Assembly: GCA_041663585.1 (NCBI GenBank)
Contig: JBAYMN010000003.1
Span: 2,438-66,437 of the forward strand
Length of the DNA: 64,000 nt
Reading direction: 5' to 3'
DNA from: Clostridia bacterium
GTDB taxonomy: Bacteria > Bacillota > Clostridia > Christensenellales > UBA1242
In this document: piece by piece, positions 18,390 to 28,730 of the stretch
Numbering within the stretch: position 1 is the stretch's first letter
Layout of the letters: each line of letters starts with the position of its first letter
The notes under the pieces: generated by a model
Told to the model about the DNA's origin: nothing
Database searches by the model: none
What the model saw: the letters and a program-made list of their open reading frames with translations, nothing else
Program-made: the position numbers and the translations under genes

Positions 18390-20027
18390 TTACGAAAATG
18401 AGATAATGTAATAGTACACCGGTTGTCCTCCATAAAGTGCATTAAATTCAACTTTTGGATATTTTTTTGTTAAAAGTTCTTGTAAACTTTTTGCATCTTC
18501 TTCTATTACATTTTCACCATAGAATAGTGTTACATTTATAATTTTTTCATTAAGCATTTTGCTTATTAAATCTTCTGTGGTTTTGTTTACAGTATGTCCT
18601 TTTGCTATTATTGCTTTATCATCTAATCCTATTATATCGCCCTCATTTAGTTTAAATTTATTAACTGCTGTTGTTCGGACAGCGTAAGTTACTGCACCTG
18701 AACATACTTTTTCTATTGCATCGTCCATACCTTGCAAATTTTCGGCGACTGTGCTTTCCGAATTAAAACAAAGCACTGCTGATATACCTTCGGGTATGGT
18801 TTTTGTAGGAACAACATTAATAGATTTATCTGTTAGGCTTTGTGCTTGTTGTGCCGCTAATATTATGTTTTTGTTATTTGGAAAAATAAATACTTTTGTT
18901 GCATTTATTTCATTAACAGCATTTGCAATATCTAGCGCACTTGGATTCATAGTCTGTCCACCGCTTAAAACATTATCAACGCCTAAATCTTTAAAAATGT
19001 CAATAAGCCCATCGCCCATAGCAATTGCAAGAAGACCAAAAGGCTTTTGTTCAGATACAAATTCGGCTTTTTCTTTTATCATTCGGTTTTGTTCAAGCAT
19101 ATTTTCTATTTTTACACCACTTATTTCGCCCAAATTTAATGCATAATTTAAAGCCTTATTCGGTTTATTAGTGTGTAAATGCACTTTAATTAACTTTAAG
19201 TCGCCAACGCAAATTACAGAATCGCCTATTTCCATAAGTTTTTTTCGCAAAATACTAATATTTGATTTTCGAATATTTTTATTCAAATTAATCACAAAAA
19301 ATTCCGTACAGTATGCAAATTGAATTTTTGACAAATCTTCATAATTAATTATATGGTCAGCAGTTTCATTAGTATTTTTTATTTTATCATTATTTAAATT
19401 AAGCACTAAATCGTTGTTAGAGATTATGTTATAAAGGCCCACAAAAAATATGACCAATCCGCGCCCACCAGCATCTACTACTCCTGCTTTTTTAAGTATA
19501 GGCAACATTTCGGGTGTTAGTTTTAAAACTTTTTCTCCCTTTTTTAACATTGCTTTTAAGCAAGTTTCAAAATCGCTGTGTTTTTTTGACACTGATAATG
19601 TCCGTTTAGCCATTGCCTTTATAACAGTTAAAATAGTCCCCTCTTTTGGCTTGGTTACAATTTTATATGCAATAGACGCACCCTGCTGTAATGCATAAGC
19701 AAAATTTTTGGTATTAATTTCATTGTAACCTTTAAGTACTTCACAAATTCCTTTTAAAATTTGTGAAAGAATAACGCCCGAATTACCGCGAGCACCTTTT
19801 AATGCACCTTTAATAACTGCTTCACAAATATTAGGCATATCATTAGTTGTACATAAATTTATTTCATCAACAACAGATTTTAGTGTAAGCGACATATTTG
19901 TCCCAGTGTCTCCATCTGGTACGGGAAAAACATTTAACTCATTAATGTGTTCTTTATTTAAATCAACTTGTTCTGCACCTTCAATTATCATTTTTTTGAA
20001 TAATGCACCATTAATTAACTCCTGCAC
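18390..20027 (-). CDS. fakA: DAK2-domain fatty acid kinase subunit A (YloV)
   Basis: INELNVFPVPDGDTGTNM, GARGNSGVILSQ, YCTEF, GGQTMNPS, GGQPVYYYIIS. Confidence 0.93.
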   Translation of the reverse strand: MQELINGALFKKMIIEGAEQVDLNKEHINELNVFPVPDGDTGTNMSLTLKSVVDEINLCTTNDMPNICEAVIKGALKGARGNSGVILSQILKGICEVLKGYNEINTKNFAYALQQGASIAYKIVTKPKEGTILTVIKAMAKRTLSVSKKHSDFETCLKAMLKKGEKVLKLTPEMLPILKKAGVVDAGGRGLVIFFVGLYNIISNNDLVLNLNNDKIKNTNETADHIINYEDLSKIQFAYCTEFFVINLNKNIRKSNISILRKKLMEIGDSVICVGDLKLIKVHLHTNKPNKALNYALNLGEISGVKIENMLEQNRMIKEKAEFVSEQKPFGLLAIAMGDGLIDIFKDLGVDNVLSGGQTMNPSALDIANAVNEINATKVFIFPNNKNIILAAQQAQSLTDKSINVVPTKTIPEGISAVLCFNSESTVAENLQGMDDAIEKVCSGAVTYAVRTTAVNKFKLNEGDIIGLDDKAIIAKGHTVNKTTEDLISKMLNEKIINVTLFYGENVIEEDAKSLQELLTKKYPKVEFNALYGGQPVYYYIISFS

Positions 20028-20141
20028 TTATAATTCCCCCATTGTAGAAAAAAAGTCCGTATATAAGTTTTGTCATATTATTAGTTAACTAAACAAAAAA
20101 TCTTAATTAAGAATATAAAACAAACAATTTTTAAATATCCC

Positions 20142-20170
20142 TTGCCAAAACGAAAGTATAATGGTAGAAT
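20142..20170 (+). promoter_or_regulatory. SigmaA promoter of rpmB
   Basis: TTGCCA-17nt-TAGAAT with TG extension. Confidence 0.7.
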
Positions 20171-20215
20171 ATTAACCGAATCATAATACATAGAAATTTT
20201 TTAGGAGGTGTTATT

Positions 20216-20401
20216 ATGTCAAGAGTATGCGGTATTTGTGGAAAAGGCAAAATGAGCGGATATCAAGTCAGCCACTCAAATAAAAAAGCAAACAAAGTGT
20301 GGGGTCCTAATGTACAAAAAGTTAAATTAGAGATTGATGGCACACCTAAAACTGAATATGTTTGTACAAAATGCTTAAAAACAGTAAAAGATAAAAAATA
20401 A
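20216..20401 (+). CDS. rpmB: 50S ribosomal protein L28 (zinc-binding form)
   Basis: MSRVCGICGK...VSHSNKK...PNVQ...VCTKCLK; strong AGGAGGTG RBS. Confidence 0.97.
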   Translation: MSRVCGICGKGKMSGYQVSHSNKKANKVWGPNVQKVKLEIDGTPKTEYVCTKCLKTVKDKK

Positions 20402-20430
20402 AATGCCTACAAAAAATTAAACAATAGATT

Positions 20431-20457
20431 AAACAGGTGAAATTCTCCTGTTTTTTT
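20431..20457 (+). terminator. Terminator of rpmB
   Basis: AAACAGG...CCTGTTT hairpin followed by a T-run. Confidence 0.7.
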
Positions 20458-20511
20458 GTATTAAATACTATTTATAAGACACAACAAAAAGCGGATTAAT
20501 TATTTACAAAA

Positions 20512-20540
20512 ATTACGCCAACTAAAAAAGTGGGCGTAAT
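20512..20540 (-). terminator. Probable terminator of spoVM
   Basis: ATTACGCC...GGCGTAAT inverted repeat downstream of the spoVM stop. Confidence 0.55.
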
Positions 20541-20572
20541 ATTAAAATTTTAAATTAAGTAAATTAAATAAA

Positions 20573-20698
20573 TTATTTTATGTGAGCGCTGATATCGTTT
20601 GCAGAATTGGTGCAAGCGAGAATCGTTCTTTTTTTACCCATAAAAAAATTTATTATTCTGGCAATAAATCTAGGTGCCTTAATGCAAATTATTTTCAC
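20573..20698 (-). CDS. spoVM: Stage V sporulation protein M (41 aa, not in ORF track)
   Basis: GTG start with GGAGG 6 nt upstream; MKIICIKAPRFIARIINFFMGKK... has Pro9 and an amphipathic helix like SpoVM; lies between rpe and rpmB as in B. subtilis. Confidence 0.85.
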   Translation of the reverse strand: MKIICIKAPRFIARIINFFMGKKRTILACTNSANDISAHIK

Positions 20699-20735
20699 TT
20701 GTTACCTCCGCTATAACTATAATTACCGCTATAAG

Positions 20736-20763
20736 AGTATATGCAAAGTTTTAACTATTTGTT
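20736..20763 (-). promoter_or_regulatory. Mother-cell sigmaE/sigmaK-type promoter of spoVM
   Basis: AACA-16nt-CATATACT on the minus strand. Confidence 0.45.
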
Positions 20764-20906
20764 AAATTTAAAAAGAATAAATAATTAAATAACGTTTAAA
20801 GATACTTATTACAATTTATTAACTTTACTTAATTATAATAATTTTAATATTATATGTTATATAGTACACATTTTATAGTGTATTATAATAATATAATACA
20901 CAAAAT

Positions 20907-21617
20907 CTATTGTTGCCTAATTTTACCACGTAAAACTTCTAATGCTTGTTTTTTATTAGCAGAATTATATATATATGAACCAGAAACTAAAATGTCGGCA
21001 CCCTGTTCAATTATTATATTAGAATTAAATCTATTAATACCTCCATCTACTTCAATTAAATATTTAAGTGAGTTATTTTCTCTATACTTGTTAGCCTGCG
21101 ATATTTTGTTCAAAGTACTAGTAATAAATTTCTGCCCACTTAAACCGGGCTTAACACTCATTATAACAAGTAAATCAATTTGACCTACTATATTTTTAAT
21201 AGCACTAAAACGAGTTTCAGGGTTAATGGCAATCCCTGCTTTAATACCATATTTCTTAATAGTCTGTAACGCATATATAAGTTGTTTTTCACTTTTATAT
21301 GCTTCATAGTGCAATGTAATAATATTAGCACCTGCTTTTTTATATTTGTACAATAAATATGTAGGATTCTTTACCATTAAATGCACATCTAGCGGTAAAG
21401 AAGTCATCTTATCATAAAGTTTAACGCGTACATAATCCATATCAGTTATATTTTTAAACCCAAATAAACCTTTAAATAAGCCTTTTTCGGTAGATATAAA
21501 CTTTTTTTGCATAACATCGCAGTGTATAAAATTAACATTAAGTTTTTCTAGTTCTTTAATGTATTGTAAATCATTTTCAGCAGGATTTGTAGATACTGAT
21601 ATTTGTATTTCTTTCAT
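20907..21617 (-). CDS. rpe: Ribulose-phosphate 3-epimerase
   Basis: HCDVM, DVHLMV, MSVKPGLSGQKF, EVDGGI, VSGS. Confidence 0.92.
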   Translation of the reverse strand: MKEIQISVSTNPAENDLQYIKELEKLNVNFIHCDVMQKKFISTEKGLFKGLFGFKNITDMDYVRVKLYDKMTSLPLDVHLMVKNPTYLLYKYKKAGANIITLHYEAYKSEKQLIYALQTIKKYGIKAGIAINPETRFSAIKNIVGQIDLLVIMSVKPGLSGQKFITSTLNKISQANKYRENNSLKYLIEVDGGINRFNSNIIIEQGADILVSGSYIYNSANKKQALEVLRGKIRQQ

Positions 21618-21635
21618 AACTTTCCCTTCCTTATA

Positions 21636-22520
21636 TTATAACCATTTATTTTTCCATACTTCTTTTTGCGCTAGATACAATTTTTTATATCTTTCATATC
21701 TATTGGTATTAATTTTACCACATTCTACCGCTTTAATTACTTCACAGCCAGCCTCTACCGTATGAGTACAACTCCTAAATCGGCATTTGTGACTATAATC
21801 CTCAAAATCAGCATAATACAATCTTATATCTTCTGGTTTTAACTCTTTATTCAAATCTAATAGACTAAACCCAGGAGTATCAACTATACAAGCACCACTA
21901 GACAGCACAAAAATTTCTGAATGTCTTGTAGTGTGTTTTCCGCGCTGACTTTTTTCACTTAAACTACCGACAGTTGCTATATCAAAGCCCAGTAAAGCAT
22001 TTAAAATTGAGGATTTGCCCACCGCAGACTGTCCCGTTAAAATGGTAACAGAACCAAATTCTAATAATTTGTTAATTTGAATAATTCCTCTATCAAATTT
22101 GCTTAAAGCATTCGTTATAATTATTTTATTAACAGACAAAGTATATTCATCTTTAATAACTTCAACAAGTTTTTCAGGAAGAATATCCGATTTATTTATG
22201 CAAATATAAGGAGTAATTTTATTTTCTATGCAATTAATTATTATTTTATCTATAAGTAAAAAATCAACTTGCGGAGTAGCCGCTATCACTATAATAACAT
22301 TATCAATATTAGAAATTAAAGGTCTGATTAAAATATTTTTTCTATTATTTACAGAATTAATTATATATTTATCTTCATTTTCAATTTGACTAAATTCAAC
22401 ATAATCGCCAACGCAAATTCCACGATGTTTCAAATTGCCACGCGCAACAGCAAAAAATAATTTGTTATTATTTATTATTGTAAATATTCCATTTTCGGTC
22501 TTAATTATTTGACCTTTCAT
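21636..22520 (-). CDS. rsgA: Ribosome small subunit-dependent GTPase
   Basis: NKSD, GQSAVGKSS, RGKHTTR, DTPGFS, CRFRSCTH...GC. Confidence 0.96.
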   Translation of the reverse strand: MKGQIIKTENGIFTIINNNKLFFAVARGNLKHRGICVGDYVEFSQIENEDKYIINSVNNRKNILIRPLISNIDNVIIVIAATPQVDFLLIDKIIINCIENKITPYICINKSDILPEKLVEVIKDEYTLSVNKIIITNALSKFDRGIIQINKLLEFGSVTILTGQSAVGKSSILNALLGFDIATVGSLSEKSQRGKHTTRHSEIFVLSSGACIVDTPGFSLLDLNKELKPEDIRLYYADFEDYSHKCRFRSCTHTVEAGCEVIKAVECGKINTNRYERYKKLYLAQKEVWKNKWL

Positions 22521-22595
22521 TAGTACTCCTTGTTTTGTATATTGTGTATTATATTAATCAAATACACTTTGTAATGTATTATATGTGGTATAATA

Positions 22596-23633
22596 CTATA
22601 AGTTATCGGAAATTACTCGCTTGCGTAATTGACCGCACGCACCTTCTATGTCGGCGCCCATAGTTCTGCGTAAAGTTGCCGATACTCCCAATTTTATAAG
22701 TCCTTTTACAAATTTATATGCTTCGCCTTTCGTTACACTTTCTAAATTGTTTTCTTTTACAGAATTTAATCTAATCACATTAATATGACAAATCAAATGT
22801 TTACAAATTAAAGCCAATTTACGCATATCTGCAATACTATCATTAATATTTTTAATTAGTACATATTCTAGTATAACACGCCTGCCTGTTTTATTTAAAT
22901 AATATTTTACACTATCCATTAAATCTTTTAAATTGTGTTTGTTTGCTATTGGCATAATTTTTTTGCGTATTTCATCATCTGCTGCGTGTAACGATATTGT
23001 TAGCGTTATGCTAAAACCATCGTCTGCTAACTGTTTTATTTTGTTAGGTAATCCGCAAGTTGATACCGAAATGTTACGCTGACTTATATTTAATCCATCA
23101 GGACTATTAATCAATTTTAAAAATTTAATTGTATTATCATAATTATAAAGTGGCTCGCCACTACCCATCATAACAACATTTGTTATTACGCGTTCAAAAT
23201 TTTGTCCTGCATCGCGGTTTATTGCTATAACTTCACCTAAAATTTCACCTGCGGTTAAATTTCGTATAAGTCCGTTTAATCCTGATGCACAAAATACACA
23301 GCCCATAGGACAACCTACTTGTGAGGATACACAGAGCGTTTTACCATATTTGTATTGCATTAAAACCGCTTCTATAATATTTTTGTCCTGTAATTCAAGT
23401 ATATATTTAACAGTGCCATCTGCTGATACGTATTTTTTATAAATTTTAACTGGTTGTGCAATGCATTCTTTGGCTAATTTTTTTTTAAGATCATTAGAAA
23501 TATCCGTTATTTCTGCAAACTCTTTGCCTTTATACAGCGAATCAAATACTTGTTTAGCCCTAAACTTTTGATCTGTAAAGCGGACAAGCAATTCGGAAAG
23601 TTCATTTAAACTCAAATCTAATAAATTTATCAT
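22596..23633 (-). CDS. rlmN: 23S rRNA m2A2503 radical SAM methyltransferase
   Basis: CVSSQVGCPMGCVFCAS, MGSGEP, SLH, GACGQL. Confidence 0.97.
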   Translation of the reverse strand: MINLLDLSLNELSELLVRFTDQKFRAKQVFDSLYKGKEFAEITDISNDLKKKLAKECIAQPVKIYKKYVSADGTVKYILELQDKNIIEAVLMQYKYGKTLCVSSQVGCPMGCVFCASGLNGLIRNLTAGEILGEVIAINRDAGQNFERVITNVVMMGSGEPLYNYDNTIKFLKLINSPDGLNISQRNISVSTCGLPNKIKQLADDGFSITLTISLHAADDEIRKKIMPIANKHNLKDLMDSVKYYLNKTGRRVILEYVLIKNINDSIADMRKLALICKHLICHINVIRLNSVKENNLESVTKGEAYKFVKGLIKLGVSATLRRTMGADIEGACGQLRKRVISDNL

Positions 23634-24955
23634 AGTTTTCTCAGCCTCGCCATAAAAAAGCCTTCATCACTATCAATATTAGCAAAAAGTTGTAAATAAG
23701 GTTCGCCTCGTATTTCTTTTTTTAAAGATAAATCTTTCACATATAATACCTTTTTAAAAACACTAATGTTTTCTGCTTTAAAATCTAAATGCCGGCTTAA
23801 AAATGTATCAACAATATCTTCGTTTTCCTGTGGCAAGATTGTACAAGTTGAATACAATAAGCAACCACCAGTTTTTACATATTTTGACGCAGTATTCATG
23901 ATGCTAGCCTGTAAAGCCGTAAGTTCGTCAATACTTTCAGCGTTTCTATTCAATAAAATGTCTGCTTTTTTGCCTGCGACACCAAGCCCACTACAAGGAA
24001 CATCAGTTAGAACACAATCAAATTTTTCTTTATAATTTTCATCATATTTAGTAGCATCTTTAACCACCGCGAAAACATTTGCGTTCATTCGTTTACAATA
24101 TGAGTTAATAAGATTTACCCTATGTTCGTAAATATCCCACGCTGTAACGACAGCACCTAATTCGCTTAAATACACGCTTTTACCACCCGGAGCAGCACAA
24201 ACATCTAAAACCTTTTCTCCGCTTTTAATGTTAAGCGTATGACACACTGTCATAGAGCCTGCTGATTGTACTGTATAAAGCGGATTAAAATCTTGATGCT
24301 CTTTAATTTGTCGGTAATTAACATAATAACCATTTACATTAGATTTTTCAAAAGGAATATGATTAGAATTTAATAACTTTTCAAATTCTAATGCTGTAAT
24401 TTTAAATTTATTAACGCGTATGTGAGTTTTATGTTCTCCTCTTTCCAAAATTTTTTCTAAAAAATCGGTTGGATATGCTTTTAATAATTTTTCTATAATC
24501 CATTCGGGATAACTATACTTTGTGCTTAAATGCGTTTGCACGGTTGTGTTTTCATCTTCGGTCGGAAATAAATATGCGTTTTTATTAGAGCATACTTTTT
24601 TCAGTACCGCATTAATAAAGCCTGACATACCTTGTTTGCCAAGTGTTTTTGTTAGTTCGGTAATTTCATTGCATACAGCATAATCTGGCACTGAATTTAA
24701 AAATAATAAGCAATAAATACCGATTTTAAGCATAATATCCGCTGACAGTTTAGGTTTTTTAAGTGCTAAAATACTAATAATATTATCAAGTTCAAGATTA
24801 TGCTGTACAACGCCATAAACAATTTTTGTTATAATTTTACTTTCTTCATCGTTAATATTAAGAGCATTATTAAGTTCTATTTGCAAATAAGCGCCATCTT
24901 TAAGCACTTTAAATAAAATATTATATGCGGTATGAAAATAATTACACTTTTGCAT
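23630..24955 (-). CDS. rsmB: 16S rRNA m5C967 methyltransferase
   Basis: NusB-like N-terminus; DVCAAPGGKS, DVPCSGLG, YSTCT. Confidence 0.95.
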   Translation of the reverse strand: MQKCNYFHTAYNILFKVLKDGAYLQIELNNALNINDEESKIITKIVYGVVQHNLELDNIISILALKKPKLSADIMLKIGIYCLLFLNSVPDYAVCNEITELTKTLGKQGMSGFINAVLKKVCSNKNAYLFPTEDENTTVQTHLSTKYSYPEWIIEKLLKAYPTDFLEKILERGEHKTHIRVNKFKITALEFEKLLNSNHIPFEKSNVNGYYVNYRQIKEHQDFNPLYTVQSAGSMTVCHTLNIKSGEKVLDVCAAPGGKSVYLSELGAVVTAWDIYEHRVNLINSYCKRMNANVFAVVKDATKYDENYKEKFDCVLTDVPCSGLGVAGKKADILLNRNAESIDELTALQASIMNTASKYVKTGGCLLYSTCTILPQENEDIVDTFLSRHLDFKAENISVFKKVLYVKDLSLKKEIRGEPYLQLFANIDSDEGFFMARLRKL

Positions 24956-25904
24956 TTACTGCACCCAACATTTCACCAGCATTTATTTTATGCCCAAGTA
25001 AATATTGTTCCGAAAGCATTTTCTTACCGTTTTGCACTTGAATTTGTTTAAGTTTTACTATCTTACCATCTCCGCACTTAACAAAAAGCCCTTGTTTAAA
25101 ATTAGCAAGTATAATCTGCCCGTTTAAAGCGGTAACAAACTTGTCAAAATTTAAATTAGCACATTCTGCTTTAAATACTTTAAGTATACCGCCATTTAAA
25201 ATTGTAAATGCAGTAGGAAAAGGATTCATTCCGCGCACAAAGTTTACAACATCTACTGCACTCAAATTAAAGTCAATTTGAGCATCTTCTTTTTTAATCA
25301 TAGGAAAATAAGACATTTCTTCATGATTTTGCGAAACATATTTTACTGTGCAATTTTCAATTTGTGACAGTGCGTTTAAAAGTAGTTCCGGGGCAAAATT
25401 GCTAAGTTTATTATAAAGTTCGCCTGCGGTTTCGATATCACCGACTGGCAGTTCTTTTTGCAGTATTATGTCGCCAGTATCTACACCAAGTTCGGTTTTC
25501 ATAATTGTAATCCCACTAACTTTTTCGCCTTTAATAACCGCCCATTGAATTGGTGCAGCACCCCTAAACTTTGGCAGTAGCGAAGCATGTACATTAATAA
25601 TACCAAATTTTGCAATATCTAAAATACACTGTCTTAAAATTTGTCCATAAGCGGCAGTTATCATAATATCTGGCTGTAAATTAGTTAAATCTTGCGTGCC
25701 TTCTTTTGATATTCTAGCATATTGTAGTACCGGAATATTATTTTCTAACGCTACTTTTTTTATAGGAGAAAATTCTATTTTTTTATTGCGTCCAGATGGC
25801 TTGTCCGGCTGTGTTACAACCGCTACTACTTTATGTTTAGAATTTATAAGTGCTTTAAGGCAAGGTACACCAAAATCCGGAGTTCCTAAAAATACTATTT
25901 TCAT
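24942..25904 (-). CDS. fmt: Methionyl-tRNA formyltransferase
   Basis: VFLGTPDF, TQPDKPSGR, NVHASLLPKFRGAAPI, DTGD. Confidence 0.97.
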   Translation of the reverse strand: MKIVFLGTPDFGVPCLKALINSKHKVVAVVTQPDKPSGRNKKIEFSPIKKVALENNIPVLQYARISKEGTQDLTNLQPDIMITAAYGQILRQCILDIAKFGIINVHASLLPKFRGAAPIQWAVIKGEKVSGITIMKTELGVDTGDIILQKELPVGDIETAGELYNKLSNFAPELLLNALSQIENCTVKYVSQNHEEMSYFPMIKKEDAQIDFNLSAVDVVNFVRGMNPFPTAFTILNGGILKVFKAECANLNFDKFVTALNGQIILANFKQGLFVKCGDGKIVKLKQIQVQNGKKMLSEQYLLGHKINAGEMLGAVNAKV

Positions 25905-26353
25905 TCTTTCGCCTCTTTCGTCATTTTATCAACAAACAATATACCGTTAAGATGGTCAATTTCATGACATATGGCACGAGCAAGCATTTCGTATGCAGTT
26001 AACTCATAAAAAATACCATTGCGGTCTTGCGCTCTAACAACAACCTTTTTAGGTCTATCAACATATCCATATTTGCCGGGAAAACTCAAACAACCTTCTA
26101 CACCATTAATATTGCCCGATGTTTTTAAAATTTCGGGATTAACTAATTCCAAATATTGCCCGTCTGCCTCTACAATAGCCACTCTTTTATTAATTCCAAC
26201 TTGCGGAGCAGCAAGACCTGCACCATCATTATGTTGCATAGTATCTTTCATATCATCTATAAGTTGTTTAAGCCCATCATCAAATATTGTAGCAGGTCTG
26301 CAAACTATTCTTAAAATTGGATCATTAGATAGCAAAATTTTACGAGTTGCCAA
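25901..26353 (-). CDS. def: Peptide deformylase
   Basis: GAGLAAPQVG, EGCLS, HEIDHLNG. Confidence 0.97.
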   Translation of the reverse strand: MATRKILLSNDPILRIVCRPATIFDDGLKQLIDDMKDTMQHNDGAGLAAPQVGINKRVAIVEADGQYLELVNPEILKTSGNINGVEGCLSFPGKYGYVDRPKKVVVRAQDRNGIFYELTAYEMLARAICHEIDHLNGILFVDKMTKEAKE

Positions 26354-26436
26354 TTCATATCTCCTTTAATTAATATCTAAATAATTGTATAATAAATTTT
26401 TAATTTTGTCTATTTTAATTATTGTTTATTTTATTA

Positions 26437-28653
26437 TTAAGACAAACTTTGTGGATTTATTTCCACAAAAATATTCATATCTGATACTTTTACTCTATTC
26501 GCAATTTTATAAACCAAATCTGTAACTTCAATTTGTCGTTCAGGTTTTATTCGCATAAGTATTTGATATCTATATTTTTTTTCTATACGAGTAAGTGGCG
26601 ATTTCATTGCTTCCATATAAATAAATTCTTTTTCATAATCCTTTTTAACTTGATTTAGCATATTTTTTGCTTCCATAGTTTTTTGTCTTGCCAAATCTTC
26701 GTTTTCAGAAGAAATTAATACTCTTATTATGCGTGAAAAAGGCGGAAACGCGGTAACTTCACGCATATTTATTTCCTTATCAAAGAAATGCTTGTAGTCA
26801 TAATTCGCCACAAATTTATACACATAATGTCTTGGCGAATAAGTTTGTAGAATAACCTTTCCCACCTTTTCATCACGACCTGCGCGTCCAGAAACCTGTG
26901 TAATAAGTTGAAAGGTGCGTTCTGTGCTTCTATAATCGGTAAAATGCAGGCTTAAATCCGCATCAATAATACCAACAACTGTTACATTTTTAAAATCGTG
27001 TCCTTTTGCAATCATTTGTGTACCAACGAGTATTGCGGGCTTAGTATTAGCAAATGCCGACAAAATTTGAAAATGTGCATTTTTGCTTTGCGTAGTGTCG
27101 TTATCCATTCTAAATATTTTAACATTAGGAAAAAGTTCTTTAAGTTCCTTTGCTACTCTTTGTGTGCCTATTGCACCTTGCCTGATATGACTACTGCCAC
27201 ACTGTGGACAAATATCTAGCATTTTATATCGGCGACTGCAATAATGGCACTTTAATTGTTCTTCGGATTTATGGTAAACAAGCGACACATCGCAATCTTC
27301 ACATTTTGCAACATAACCACATTCAATGCAACGTACAAATGATGCAAAACCACGTCTATTTATAAATATCATTGCTTGGTTATTATTTTTAATGCACTCA
27401 GTTAATTCTTTAATTAGTGCAACAGAAAAAATGCCGTTGTTACCCGCACGCATTTCGGACATCATATCAACAATTTGAATTGCGGGCATACTATGCTTAT
27501 TAATCCTTAATGGCAATTCAAGCAAATTATATTGACCATTTTTTGTCTTATAATAACTGTCAACCGATGGTGTAGCACTGCCTAAAAGAATCGGACAGGC
27601 GTTGTATTTAGCCCTAAAAGTTGCAATATCATGCGTAAAATAACGCGGATTGCTTTCGCTAGCATATGTAGATTCGTGTTCTTCATCAATAATAATTAAA
27701 CCAATATTATTTAGCGGTGCAAAAACTGCCGAGCGAGCCCCGATTGCAATTTTGGCCTGCCCATTTAAAAGTCTATTCCATTCATCGTAGCGTTCGCCAT
27801 CTGATAGCCCACTATGAAGTATTGCCACGGAATCACCAAACCTAGTTTTAAATCTATTAAATAATAGCGGGGTGAGTGAAATTTCGGGAACAAGCATAAT
27901 TGCAGTCTTTCCACATTCAATAAAATGCTGTATACATCTTATGTATATTTCGGTTTTACCACTACCTGTAACCCCGTGCAATAAATATGTATTATGCTCA
28001 GTATCATTTGTTATTTTATCAACAACCGCTTGTTGCATATCGGTAAGTTTTATATTTTGCTTTTCCGCTTCTATTTCTGATGAATACGGAGTGCGATTAA
28101 CACAAATTTCACGGGATATAAGTACTTTCATATTTAAAAATTTTTTAACAGCGGACAGCGAAAAATTAGCATTTAAATATGTGATATCAGATTCGCAATT
28201 TGGCTGAATTAATAAGTATTTTAACAAACTTATTTGAGAAATTGCATTTTTGCGTAAAGAATTAACCACTTCATCAATATTTATACCTGAATTAATGGTT
28301 ACAATTGTTTTTTTCAATTGTTTTACTTGTCCGCCACGCATTTTTGCGGGAATAAATAGCCTAAGAACATCTACTTTTCGTAAATTATACTCATTTGTCA
28401 TAAATTCCATAAGTGCAAGCATTTCTTCGGAAATGACTGCGGTATTATCTAATATTTTGATTATAGATTTGAGTTTTTCTTTTTTAACTTCACTTGTATC
28501 AGTAATGTTTATGACATAGCCTTCAATGGTTCGAGGACCAAAACTTACAAGTACTCGCATGCCCTTTTGCACAAAAAATCCATCTTCAATTTTGTAATCA
28601 AAGATTTTATCAACCTCACTATTAGCAATATCTACAATGACTTGTGCAATCAT
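26437..28653 (-). CDS. priA: Primosomal protein N'
   Basis: GVTGSGKT, DEEH, zinc CxxC motifs, GTQMIAKGHDF, QVSGRAGR. Confidence 0.97.
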   Translation of the reverse strand: MIAQVIVDIANSEVDKIFDYKIEDGFFVQKGMRVLVSFGPRTIEGYVINITDTSEVKKEKLKSIIKILDNTAVISEEMLALMEFMTNEYNLRKVDVLRLFIPAKMRGGQVKQLKKTIVTINSGINIDEVVNSLRKNAISQISLLKYLLIQPNCESDITYLNANFSLSAVKKFLNMKVLISREICVNRTPYSSEIEAEKQNIKLTDMQQAVVDKITNDTEHNTYLLHGVTGSGKTEIYIRCIQHFIECGKTAIMLVPEISLTPLLFNRFKTRFGDSVAILHSGLSDGERYDEWNRLLNGQAKIAIGARSAVFAPLNNIGLIIIDEEHESTYASESNPRYFTHDIATFRAKYNACPILLGSATPSVDSYYKTKNGQYNLLELPLRINKHSMPAIQIVDMMSEMRAGNNGIFSVALIKELTECIKNNNQAMIFINRRGFASFVRCIECGYVAKCEDCDVSLVYHKSEEQLKCHYCSRRYKMLDICPQCGSSHIRQGAIGTQRVAKELKELFPNVKIFRMDNDTTQSKNAHFQILSAFANTKPAILVGTQMIAKGHDFKNVTVVGIIDADLSLHFTDYRSTERTFQLITQVSGRAGRDEKVGKVILQTYSPRHYVYKFVANYDYKHFFDKEINMREVTAFPPFSRIIRVLISSENEDLARQKTMEAKNMLNQVKKDYEKEFIYMEAMKSPLTRIEKKYRYQILMRIKPERQIEVTDLVYKIANRVKVSDMNIFVEINPQSLS

Positions 28654-28730
28654 AACCCCTCTTAATAAAAAAATCTATTACTGTAAGGTCACCACCTGTT
28701 TGTAATAGAATTTTTGGTTATTTAAATAAA

